Origin: Candidatus Poribacteria bacterium | Lineage (GTDB): Bacteria > Poribacteria > WGA-4E > WGA-3G | Reading direction: 5' to 3' | DNA: 64,000 nt | Assembly: GCA_965198235.1 (NCBI GenBank) | Contig: OZ240248.1 | Location: forward strand, 2,304,001-2,368,000 | The notes under the pieces: model-generated | Seen by the model: only the letters and a program-made list of their open reading frames with translations | Told to the model about the DNA's origin: nothing | The model's database searches: none | Position numbers and translations under genes: made by a program | Part shown: in pieces, positions 1-9,019 of the stretch | How positions within the stretch are numbered: the first letter of the stretch is position 1 | Layout: every line of letters starts with the position of its first letter

Positions 1-194
1 ATTTTTTTAATGATTGAATCTGAGCTGCCCTTCCGTTTTGATCATCAACTCGTGCCTTAACATTTATAACGGAGGCGAGTTGATGGTCAAAGGGCAGATT
101 TCCAGTCGTTAACAAACCTCTTATAACCTAAAGTGGGTTTTTTAACAATTTTAGATCGGGGTTGACAATGGAAACCTCGACCAGACATAATCGT

Positions 195-1424
195 TTAAAA
201 GCTCCGTCGCATTGCATCTACGGGAGCCATTTTCGCCACGTGCCGAGCAGGATATAACCCAGCAATGATAGTAAAAATAAAAACCGATATAGGATAAATG
301 ATGAACTGTTGAACCTCCAGGACCGGGTAGATGAACTCCTGTATTGTCACACCCACCATTTCAATGCCGGTATAGTCAATACCGACATGCGCGAATACTG
401 CCGTCAAGGCGAAGCCAAGTATCGCACCCAGCCCGATACTCACGATTGCCAAGGCACCTGCCTCAAATAAAATGACACGCGCCATCCCGAACGGACGGGT
501 TCCAACGGCACGTAACACGCCAAACTCAAACATTCGCTCATACAACGACATAAAAAGAGTGTTGATAATACCAAAGACCACCACCCCAAATAAGATGACT
601 GCCATGATGTATTTGCTATACTTTGTCATTTCCAATATTGCTGTCAATTGCGACATAAGTTCTGTCCAGCTTAAGGCTTCATTACCATGTCGGGAATACG
701 CCTCCCAAAACGGTAGCACCGGGTCCTGAGCATAGGCGACGGAAGTAAATTTAATCGCTATTTCATGGACCCCGTTCCCGATAGCAAGCATCTCTTGCGC
801 TTTTTCGATTTGAACGAACGCCATTCCGCTGTTCATCTCTTCACCGACAAAGCGATAAATACCGGAAACTCGGAACATCTCTTGCGAGAGATCACCACTT
901 TCTGCTTGTGCTACTGTCACGACTACTCGGTCCCCAAGCCCAATTTCTAAGGTTTCAGCGAGTTTCGCACCGACGACGATATCGCGGCTATTTTCTCCTT
1001 CAAAATAGGCACCTTCCGTTATCGCATCATCAATTAGGGACAAGAATTTCTCTGTCGGCGGATGAACCCCGATGAGGTTGATCGCACTGACATTTGCGGG
1101 AGACGTAATCATTCCGAAAGCGAGTACTCTTTGTGTTGAATGTTGGACGGTGGTTTCCTCAGCAAGATTCGCTGTTACCTCGTCGAGTGCTTGGATCGTC
1201 AATGAGACCTCTTGTTCGTCTCGAAAACCTTGCCGATGAATCTGGGCATCGCCGAGAAAAGAAGCGGTAGCTGTCCGAATCATGTTCTCACTCATCCCGA
1301 TCATAAAGGCATCAACAAAAATCAAGGCAGCCAGACCGATACCGATCGCTACTGAGGCGATAAAGGTACGCCGTTTATTCCGAAAGATATTTCTCCATGC
1401 AAGCTTTACTAAAATCAACCACAT
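195..1424 (-). CDS. ABC transporter permease, LolE/FtsX-MacB family
   Basis: LAWRNIFRNKRRT N-terminus, periplasmic domain, C-terminal ERMFEFGVLRAVG FtsX motif with TM helices; start trimmed to the ATG at 1424. Confidence 0.9.
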   Translation of the reverse strand: MWLILVKLAWRNIFRNKRRTFIASVAIGIGLAALIFVDAFMIGMSENMIRTATASFLGDAQIHRQGFRDEQEVSLTIQALDEVTANLAEETTVQHSTQRVLAFGMITSPANVSAINLIGVHPPTEKFLSLIDDAITEGAYFEGENSRDIVVGAKLAETLEIGLGDRVVVTVAQAESGDLSQEMFRVSGIYRFVGEEMNSGMAFVQIEKAQEMLAIGNGVHEIAIKFTSVAYAQDPVLPFWEAYSRHGNEALSWTELMSQLTAILEMTKYSKYIMAVILFGVVVFGIINTLFMSLYERMFEFGVLRAVGTRPFGMARVILFEAGALAIVSIGLGAILGFALTAVFAHVGIDYTGIEMVGVTIQEFIYPVLEVQQFIIYPISVFIFTIIAGLYPARHVAKMAPVDAMRRSF

Positions 1425-1577
1425 TTTTCTAATTTTCCTTGCGGTTCGGTTAGGTAGGTTGAAGGTTGAGAGTGCTTTCCCGTAGATCCGCTTTCCACTT
1501 CGTTCCAAGCTGCGCGCTCTTTTAAAAAAAGGATTGTGATATACCTAATGCTTCTTTGCTGATTGCTGAAAGCCATA

Positions 1578-2792
1578 CTAATGTGTCCGCATCGCATTCG
1601 CGGGCATGATTCGGGCGGCTTTTATCGCAGGAAACAGACTGACGATCGTCGCTGACAGCAGAACAGTGATAGCCGGAATAATCAGACATCGGGCGTTAAC
1701 TTCAGCGTACAACGTCTTGAATTTCATACCGCCGTAGGTAATTGCCTCGGGATACGTGATGCCGTATATGGATAGCAGATAATTGGCTAAAACCCCAAGG
1801 AGCGCGCCAACCGCGATGCTGCCAATAGCGATGATAGTCACTTCATAGATGACCAGCCAGAAAATTTGCGTCGGCTTCGTCCCGACTGCCTTCAGCATGC
1901 CGTATTCACGCGTCCGTTCCAGAACCGACATCAGCACCGTATTAAGCACACCGATAGCCACAATAAGCATAATCACCCAGCGACTAATGGCATCTCCTTG
2001 TTGATCGGTTTTCATGGCGCGGTAGAAGGATTTGGCAACCACTTGCCACGGTGCGACCTCCAGCGTGGAATTATTCAAGCGCGCTTCGATTGCGTCTGTA
2101 ATTTTACCTACTTCATTGATGTGTGAAACAATCACAACAATTTCGTGGATACGTCCCTCAAGCGCAAACAATTCCTGAGCGTCTTCGATGTGTAGATAAC
2201 ACGCCACTCGGTCTGTCACGTCGTCCCCACTCTCTGCGATTCCAACGATCTTATATACGTCATTTGCGATTGAACCGTCGGCACCCTGCGAAAAAATCAC
2301 AATTTCACTATCAATCCTCGCAGAAAGAATCTTCGCCAAACCTTTTCCAATGACTGCTTCATGCGAAGCGGTTTCCGCTAATACATTGCCTTCAATCACT
2401 TTGTTATCAAATCGAGTCGCTTGGATTTCTCGTGCCACATCGACACCAATGATTTGGACAGCCGTACTCTTTTCACCAACCGAACCGAGTCCGGCTGCGT
2501 ACATTCGCGGTGTCCACGCTTCAACGCCTGTGGTGCTCTGGATTGTCTCACCGAGGGGTGTATATTCGTTAATCGTATTGTAAAGTGATGGCTTGTCGAG
2601 GTATCCGTCGCGATGCACCTGAATGTGCCCGATGCGGTTTCGCGTGAACATCGAGATAATGCCCCCATACGCCCCATCGGACAAGCCGATGGTTAGCGAT
2701 AAGAGCGTGAAACCGACAATCATTGCGAGAGCGGTGAGGATTGTCCGCCGCTTTTGGCGGAAGGTGTTACGAAACGCGATTTTGAGTATCAT
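1578..2792 (-). CDS. ABC transporter permease, LolE/FtsX-MacB family
   Basis: IAFRNTFRQKRRT and ERTREYGMLKAVG motifs; paralog of the downstream permease; start at ATG 2792. Confidence 0.9.
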   Translation of the reverse strand: MILKIAFRNTFRQKRRTILTALAMIVGFTLLSLTIGLSDGAYGGIISMFTRNRIGHIQVHRDGYLDKPSLYNTINEYTPLGETIQSTTGVEAWTPRMYAAGLGSVGEKSTAVQIIGVDVAREIQATRFDNKVIEGNVLAETASHEAVIGKGLAKILSARIDSEIVIFSQGADGSIANDVYKIVGIAESGDDVTDRVACYLHIEDAQELFALEGRIHEIVVIVSHINEVGKITDAIEARLNNSTLEVAPWQVVAKSFYRAMKTDQQGDAISRWVIMLIVAIGVLNTVLMSVLERTREYGMLKAVGTKPTQIFWLVIYEVTIIAIGSIAVGALLGVLANYLLSIYGITYPEAITYGGMKFKTLYAEVNARCLIIPAITVLLSATIVSLFPAIKAARIMPANAMRTH

Positions 2793-2837
2793 AGAGTAGT
2801 AGGCACACTCCGTGTGCCGTAACCCGCATGCCGTCAC

Positions 2838-3677
2838 CTATCTCCTTTTCTGAAGGTTTCGGCGCGTGAAAATTTTATCGTCGATGTCTGCGTCGAATGT
2901 GGCATTTAACCATCGGACAACTGTTTTGTGTCCTTCCTTGTTTTGTGGAATCATTTCCATCACAGAAGGTGCGATTTTGTCGCCAAAGGTTTTGATCTCT
3001 TTGAAATTCATAACCCGCATCAGATTCCCTTTTTCGTCATAGAAGTGCTGCCATACTGGTAGATAATCGCTAGATTGCACGGCTGCAACAATCTTTCCCC
3101 AAACGATCGGGGAATCTTCTTTCGGCGTAAGTTGGACGTAGAGATGGTCGGGAGATGCGTCTTCAGGTGTAACGAACTGGTAGGTATAATCGTCGAGCAT
3201 TGACGACTCCTTGACTAAGTCGTCATTCGTGAAGTCGGAACCCATCCATGATCCCATCATCATTGATGGCGGAATCTTCATAACCTTGTTGGTTTTTGGC
3301 AGATAGTTCCACATCTCATTTCCGATGCGCAGCGTCGCGACACCTTGTTCCTTCTTCGGTGCCGTAATCCGTATAAAAGTTTTCTTCATCCCTTGTGTCC
3401 AAACGTTCATCGCCAAGGTTCGTTCCCAATGTGGGGTGAGGATGTGCATTTCCATTTCGGCATGACTGGTTTCGCTACGATAGAGTTGGTCTATCTTTTT
3501 GACGATGGTTTCGACATCTGGAGTGGGTTCTTGGGCTGGTGCGAGCACACAAAAGAGAAGCGTTGAGAGAAGAAAGGAGTGTATCATCAAGCTTCGTGCT
3601 GCTACCTGTATCCTATTTTTAGATTTTGCCATTTTCTTGGTTATCCTTTCCACTTTTGGGGAATCTGTAGGTTTCAT
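2838..3677 (-). CDS. Outer-membrane lipoprotein-sorting protein (LolA-like)
   Basis: Signal-like hydrophobic segment, MWNYLP...SWMGSDFTNDD motif, upstream of two LolE-like permeases. Confidence 0.8.
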   Translation of the reverse strand: MKPTDSPKVERITKKMAKSKNRIQVAARSLMIHSFLLSTLLFCVLAPAQEPTPDVETIVKKIDQLYRSETSHAEMEMHILTPHWERTLAMNVWTQGMKKTFIRITAPKKEQGVATLRIGNEMWNYLPKTNKVMKIPPSMMMGSWMGSDFTNDDLVKESSMLDDYTYQFVTPEDASPDHLYVQLTPKEDSPIVWGKIVAAVQSSDYLPVWQHFYDEKGNLMRVMNFKEIKTFGDKIAPSVMEMIPQNKEGHKTVVRWLNATFDADIDDKIFTRRNLQKRR

Positions 3678-3953
3678 CTCATGTTTCTATTATAAAACAA
3701 ATTGTCCTTAAAGCGCAACTCTTTTCAGATTTGCCGTAGGAGGGATCTCCGAATCTTGGGGAAACCCCCAAGCAAAAACACCCCTCTTCTGTAGGATTCT
3801 CACTGCGAAGCACTCCCGGTCGCGATTTTCCTTCAAAACCAACAGAAACCTAAAACTGAATGACCTTGGAGATTTCTAATATTCGGTTGGCATTTTTTCA
3901 CTTTGCATGTTATCATTACCCTCAAGTAAATCGCATTGTGGAGGAAAAAAGTA

Positions 3954-6401
3954 ATGCTAAGACTGAACCAAATGCTTGGTAATCCCTCTTACAACCACAG
4001 TTTTGCTTATGGAAACAAGGATGATGAGGCCGAGGTATATAATAACCACGGCATTGCTTACATTAAAAAAGATAAACTTGAACAGGCAATCGTATCCTTT
4101 AGCAAGGCAATAGAATTGGACCCTAATTACGCTAACGCCTATTGTAATCGTGGTGCTGTTTACTACTACAAAGGCGAGTATGAAAAAGCGATTATAGACT
4201 ATAACGAGGCGATCGAATTGAATCCACGTCATGTTATTACCTACAACAATCGAGGAGTCGCTTACGACAATAAGGGTGAGCAGGAAAAAGCTATTGGAGA
4301 TTTTACAAGAGCAATAGAACTCAAATCTGATTATGCTGATGCCTACAACAACCGCGGTAACGCCTATGGTAGTAAGGGTGAATATGACAGAGCAATTATA
4401 GACTATACGGACGCAATAGAACTCAAAGTTAACTATACTGAAGCTTATAACAACCGCGGTAACGCCTATGGTAATAAGGGTGAATATGACAGAGCAATTA
4501 TAGACTATACGGACGCAATAGAACTCAATACCAAATTTGTCGATGCCTATCACAATCGCGGGACAGCTTACTACAATAAAAACGATTTTGACCGCGCTAT
4601 CAAAGACTATAGCATGGCGATAAATCTCGAACCTAATTTCGCCGATGCCTATTACAATCGTGGGACGGCTTACGAGAGAAAAGGCAACTGTGATCTCGCC
4701 ATAGAAGACTCTACTAAAGCAATAAAACTGAAGCCAGATTTCGCCAATGCCTATCACAATCGCGGGATAGCTTACGGTAAAAAAGGTAATTATAACCTTG
4801 CTATCAAAGACTATACCAAAGCAATAGAACTAAATCCAAATCGTGATATAACCTATTACAATCGCGGCAATGCTTATGGCGATATTGGCGATTATGACTG
4901 TGCCATTGAAGACTATACCAAAGCAATAGAACTAAATTCAGATTTCGCCAACGCCTATATCAATCGCGGCAATGCTTATAGTAATATTGGCGATTATGAC
5001 TGTGCCATTGAAGATCATACCACAGCAATAGAATTAGATCATAATCCTGCAGATGCTTACAACAACCGCGGAGTAGTTTACGGCAAAAAAGATGATGCCA
5101 ACCATGCCATTGAAGACTATACTAAAGCAATAGAACTAAATCCAAATCGTGATATAACCTATTACAATCGCGGGGTAGTATGGCTACACTTGCAAGATTG
5201 GGAAAAAGCCAGAGCAGACCTGACCGCTGCTAAGAAAAAGGGCATGGATATCATTGCAGCATTCCGTGACGGTTACAAAAATGTTGAGGTTTATGAGAAG
5301 CGATACCGTGTTAAGTTGCCGGAAGACATTGCACTCCTGCTGACACAGCGTCGGCGGACCCGTTACCCGAAGACGCAAAAAGTATTGGATGCCGATGGAA
5401 ATCCGCTTGAATCACCGAATGTGGTGAATTTACGCTCGCAACTTCGCAATGCTGGTACACCGTTAGGCAAGTACGTCAAAACAAAACCCGCTTTCGGTAT
5501 CAACACAACACCGACTGAAGTGTTTGTCGTAGATAAAACGACGCGGGATAAACTCATTGCAGCGCACCTTTCATCTGCTGATATTTTAAAGCCGTTTTTG
5601 CACGGACAGGATATAAGACGTTGGCATGTTGACACACCACATCAATGGTTAGTTTTTACTTACCGCGGTATAGCGATAAACGATTATCCAGCAATCCTGA
5701 AGCACTTGGAAAAATATCGAGAATCCCTGAGCAAAAAAAAAGGCAAACAGAAATGGTATGAGCTGCCAGCATCTATCAACAACGTAGAGCGTTTTGCGCG
5801 ACCGAAACTCGTCTGTCCAGACACCTATAACTATCAGACTTTTGCAGTTGATACTGCCGGTTATTATTACGGAAATACGTCCTATCTTATCCCAACCGAG
5901 GAAACGTGGCTCTGCGGTCTCCTCAATTCTCGCACTGTGGAGTGGTTTTATTCGCAGGTGTCGAACCAATTGACGATTGATTATCTTCGGGCGCGTAGTG
6001 GGTATATCCAACAGATTCCGATTCCGGACCTCACGTCGACGCAGAAGGCACTCATCGCCAAACTCGTTGATTACCTAATCTATCTTCAGCAGCAGCCAAC
6101 GATAAATAGCAGGGATTTGGCGCACGCCCGCGATCGTGTAATGCTCGGATATTTTGAACGAATTATTGATGGCTTAGTTTATGAGGCTTACCTGCCCGAA
6201 GATCTGCATAAAGGGGACAAACACTTCTTCCAACCGTTGTTGGAGGAACAATTGCCTTCGTGCGAGGAAATTCAGGGTGATAAAATGACCGCATTACGAG
6301 ACATCTTTGAGTTGCTATATGAAAGAACGCATCTCGTCCGGCGAAACCTTTATTATCTGGATAGTGTAAAAGTAGTTCGTATCATTGAGGGTAAAATTTG
6401 A
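3954..6401 (+). CDS. 12x TPR repeat protein fused to a TaqI-C-like (type IIG R-M) target-recognition domain; no MTase or REase domain
   Basis: Twelve 34-aa repeats of the AYxNRG...AIxDYTxAIEL type (~4030-5245), then GTPLGKY...KPFLHGQDIRRW...WYEL...LLNS...IPIP and a FERIIDGLVYE tail; GGAGG RBS before ATG 3954. Confidence 0.85.
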   Translation: MLRLNQMLGNPSYNHSFAYGNKDDEAEVYNNHGIAYIKKDKLEQAIVSFSKAIELDPNYANAYCNRGAVYYYKGEYEKAIIDYNEAIELNPRHVITYNNRGVAYDNKGEQEKAIGDFTRAIELKSDYADAYNNRGNAYGSKGEYDRAIIDYTDAIELKVNYTEAYNNRGNAYGNKGEYDRAIIDYTDAIELNTKFVDAYHNRGTAYYNKNDFDRAIKDYSMAINLEPNFADAYYNRGTAYERKGNCDLAIEDSTKAIKLKPDFANAYHNRGIAYGKKGNYNLAIKDYTKAIELNPNRDITYYNRGNAYGDIGDYDCAIEDYTKAIELNSDFANAYINRGNAYSNIGDYDCAIEDHTTAIELDHNPADAYNNRGVVYGKKDDANHAIEDYTKAIELNPNRDITYYNRGVVWLHLQDWEKARADLTAAKKKGMDIIAAFRDGYKNVEVYEKRYRVKLPEDIALLLTQRRRTRYPKTQKVLDADGNPLESPNVVNLRSQLRNAGTPLGKYVKTKPAFGINTTPTEVFVVDKTTRDKLIAAHLSSADILKPFLHGQDIRRWHVDTPHQWLVFTYRGIAINDYPAILKHLEKYRESLSKKKGKQKWYELPASINNVERFARPKLVCPDTYNYQTFAVDTAGYYYGNTSYLIPTEETWLCGLLNSRTVEWFYSQVSNQLTIDYLRARSGYIQQIPIPDLTSTQKALIAKLVDYLIYLQQQPTINSRDLAHARDRVMLGYFERIIDGLVYEAYLPEDLHKGDKHFFQPLLEEQLPSCEEIQGDKMTALRDIFELLYERTHLVRRNLYYLDSVKVVRIIEGKI

Positions 6402-7849
6402 AAATAACTAACATTGAAATCAAAAACTTCAGAGCCTTTCCGAAAACCTACCAAATCAAGTTGCATAATGCGGGAAAAAATTTACTGGTTTACGGTGAAA
6501 ACGGGAGCGGGAAATCGTCGTTGTATCTTGCACTAAAGTATTTCTTTGAATCTGGTGTAAACGAAGATAAAGAGGAAGGTAAAAATACTGAGTTTGAAAA
6601 CCATCAGAATATCTTTACCGAGGATCCTGGACATATCAAACTTCGTTTCCGTTCAGATCAACCCCAAAAGCAAGAAATCTACAAGTGGTCAAAGGACGTT
6701 AAAGAAACGAATAACAATCTGATTATTGAAATATCAAAGGCAAGTGGATTTCTTGACTATAAAGACCTTCTGGGGGTGCACTATCTCCAACCCGAAGGCG
6801 AATCCGTGAATGTGTTCGATTTGTTGGTTGAAACCCTTTTAGCAAATACGGTTAACCCGGTGACAGATCGGACCCTTGCTGAGGCGTGGGATGACATTCA
6901 AGAACCCTATCCGCGCAGGAGTGCGAAACACCAAATTGCCTCCCTTGAACAACGGGTAGAAGTTTTTAACGATGAGTTAGTAAATAGATTAGCGGATCTG
7001 CGTCCGAAAGTACGCGAGATTCTTCGCAGATTTGGATACAAAGTTGACCTTAACCTTAACTTAGACCCTAAAGGGGTTAGATACAATCGAGAGAACAAAT
7101 CTCTTGAGAACCAGCAGATTTTATTAAACGTCAAATTCTTTGACAAAGATATATCTGAACGTTACCTTTTATTGAATGAAGCAAAGTTGTCAGCAATTGC
7201 GATTGCTATCTATTTTTCATCAATCCTGTGCTTGCCAGAACCAAAAGGAGGTATGAAGATTCTCGCGTTGGATGACGTGTTAATCGGCTTGGACATGCCA
7301 AACCGCTTGCCAGTACTCGATATTCTAAACGACTACTTCGCAGACTATCAGATCTTTTTGACGACTTACGATAAGGCGTGGTATGAGATCGTCAAACAGC
7401 GAACAGATCAAAAGGATTGGAAATACACTGAATTTTATTCCAAGGCAACCGATGAACACGAAATCCCAGTTTATGTGGAAGATAAAGCATACCTTGACAA
7501 GGCGAAAGAATATTTTGATGTCAATGACTACAAAGCCTGTGCAATTTATGTTCGCACCGCTTTTGAAGCGACAATCAAGCAATATTGTGAGAAAAAAGAT
7601 CTCTGTATTAAGTACCGCGAAAATCCAAAAGAATTGAGAAGTGAAGACTTCTGGGTGCCCATAAAAATGGAAAGAGACGAAGCGGGTCTTCTGCTTTTGG
7701 ATCTAAGGGTTGTCGACGAAATTGAACTGTATCGAAGCATCATCCTAAATCCGCTCAGTCACGCTGCAATTGCGAACATCTATAGAAAAGAACTGGAGGA
7801 TGTTATTAACGCGGTGGAGGAACTCGAAACTGCGTTGGCAAATGTTTAA
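6398..7849 (+). CDS. ABC/SMC-type ATPase with a putative C-terminal HEPN RNase domain (PrrC/RloC-like)
   Basis: IKNFRAF, Walker A GENGSGKS, degenerate signature LNEAK, Walker B/D-loop LALDDVLIGLD, C-terminal VRTAFE...RSIILNPLSH; TTGA overlap with the upstream gene. Confidence 0.75.
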   Translation: MKITNIEIKNFRAFPKTYQIKLHNAGKNLLVYGENGSGKSSLYLALKYFFESGVNEDKEEGKNTEFENHQNIFTEDPGHIKLRFRSDQPQKQEIYKWSKDVKETNNNLIIEISKASGFLDYKDLLGVHYLQPEGESVNVFDLLVETLLANTVNPVTDRTLAEAWDDIQEPYPRRSAKHQIASLEQRVEVFNDELVNRLADLRPKVREILRRFGYKVDLNLNLDPKGVRYNRENKSLENQQILLNVKFFDKDISERYLLLNEAKLSAIAIAIYFSSILCLPEPKGGMKILALDDVLIGLDMPNRLPVLDILNDYFADYQIFLTTYDKAWYEIVKQRTDQKDWKYTEFYSKATDEHEIPVYVEDKAYLDKAKEYFDVNDYKACAIYVRTAFEATIKQYCEKKDLCIKYRENPKELRSEDFWVPIKMERDEAGLLLLDLRVVDEIELYRSIILNPLSHAAIANIYRKELEDVINAVEELETALANV

Positions 7850-7881
7850 GCTATTGAGAAGATTCGGATTATGGAGAAAAA

Positions 7882-8178
7882 ATGACGAAAGAACTTAATG
7901 AAAAATGTGCCGAAACTTACTATAATCGCGGGTTGGCTCACAGCAAAAAGGGCGAACTTGATAAGGCTATTGCAGATTATACGAAAGCGATAGAACTGAA
8001 ACCCGATTATGCCGATGCCTATTACAACCGCGGTGGGGCGTGGTTACGCCTGGGAGAACGAGAAAAAGCGAAATCAGATATGGCAACTGCTAGAGAGATG
8101 GGGAGCGATGCCATCATCGCCTTAGACAAGATACTACAAGACTACGATCGCGCATGGAAGACCCTCGGTAATGTATGA
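7882..8178 (+). CDS. Small 2xTPR protein with a C-terminal helix resembling Doc antitoxins
   Basis: Two TPRs then ALDKILQDYDRAWKTLGNV; ATGA overlap with doc. Confidence 0.75.
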   Translation: MTKELNEKCAETYYNRGLAHSKKGELDKAIADYTKAIELKPDYADAYYNRGGAWLRLGEREKAKSDMATAREMGSDAIIALDKILQDYDRAWKTLGNV

Positions 8179-8546
8179 AATATTTGACAATTGAAGATAT
8201 TCTAATCATTGCTGAGACCCATGTGGATGACCATCAGATTTTGCATAAAGATCGATTGGACTATTTAGTCGAAGCAGTTAGCGCAAAATTTGGCGATACA
8301 GAACTGTATCCAACTCTATTCCAAAAAGCCTCTGTATATGCCCATCACATTATTACAGGACACATATTTTTCGATGGGAATAAACGTATCGGTCTAACGT
8401 GCGCGCTCCGTTTTTTAGAATTGAACGGTTATTCCCGTCTTTCCAACATTGATGATTCGATTATCGAACTCGGTTTTAAGATTGCGGACGGAACCATAAC
8501 TGATATTGAGGTCATCGCGGCGCGTATACAGTCATGGATTTTGTAA
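8175..8546 (+). CDS. doc: Death-on-curing (Doc/Fic family) toxin
   Basis: HIFFDGNKRIG Fic/Doc motif; LYPTLFQKA; 123 aa. Confidence 0.9.
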   Translation: MKYLTIEDILIIAETHVDDHQILHKDRLDYLVEAVSAKFGDTELYPTLFQKASVYAHHIITGHIFFDGNKRIGLTCALRFLELNGYSRLSNIDDSIIELGFKIADGTITDIEVIAARIQSWIL

Positions 8547-8602
8547 CAAACGTATGTTGATATACCGGTGAGTTTAAACCCAAATCCATCCTTCGTAACA
8601 GG

Positions 8603-8650
8603 TCTATAATCCTGCAAATCCTTGAATCCTGTAAATCTTGATTCAGACAA
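8603..8650. repeat. 48-bp repeat with 9-bp periodic AATCYT units; second copy at 43759-43806
   Basis: tctataatcctgcaaatccttgaatcctgtaaatcttgattcagacaa vs tctacaatcctgaaaatcctaaaatcttgtaaatcccggttcagacaa. Confidence 0.85.
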
Positions 8651-8862
8651 TTAACACCTACATTTCCCGATTAAATTCTTAATCTTCATTTTCAGAGTAA
8701 CTTTTTAGAAACCTCCTATCACATCCGTCGAAAACCCAGTCATAATCTATGTTTACAACTTTTTTTACACCCACCCTCTTTCAGATTTTACTCTGAATAC
8801 TCTGAAACTCACAACATTTTCTTTTCCTTATGTCTGAGTCGTGTCTCCGTAATCGCGACCTT

Positions 8863-8904
8863 ACTGATCACTAACTACTGATTGCTGATGTCTGACAACT
8901 GAGT
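8863..8904. repeat. Degenerate heptamer tandem repeat, (nCTGAnn)x6
   Basis: actgatc actaact actgatt gctgatg tctgaca actgagt. Confidence 0.6.
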
Positions 8905-8924
8905 GGCTCTGCCCAAAAAGTGAC

Positions 8925-8953
8925 TTGACAAAACCTGTCTAAAATGATAAATT
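8925..8953 (+). promoter_or_regulatory. Sigma70-like promoter
   Basis: TTGACA-17-TAAATT with an extended TG. Confidence 0.55.
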
Positions 8954-9019
8954 GACTTCAAACAAGGGAACCCGAAAACGACACCCTTAGTTCTTAAAGA
9001 TTAAAGAAAGGATGGCAAC

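Noticed and set aside
3957-4757. 266-aa antisense ORF over the TPR array
   Set aside because: Shadow frame caused by repetitive TPR codons; no recognisable motifs.
4030-5245. Diversity-generating retroelement TR/VR pair within the TPR repeats
   Set aside because: No reverse transcriptase in the window; duplications are in-frame tandem units and I saw no adenine-specific mismatch pattern.
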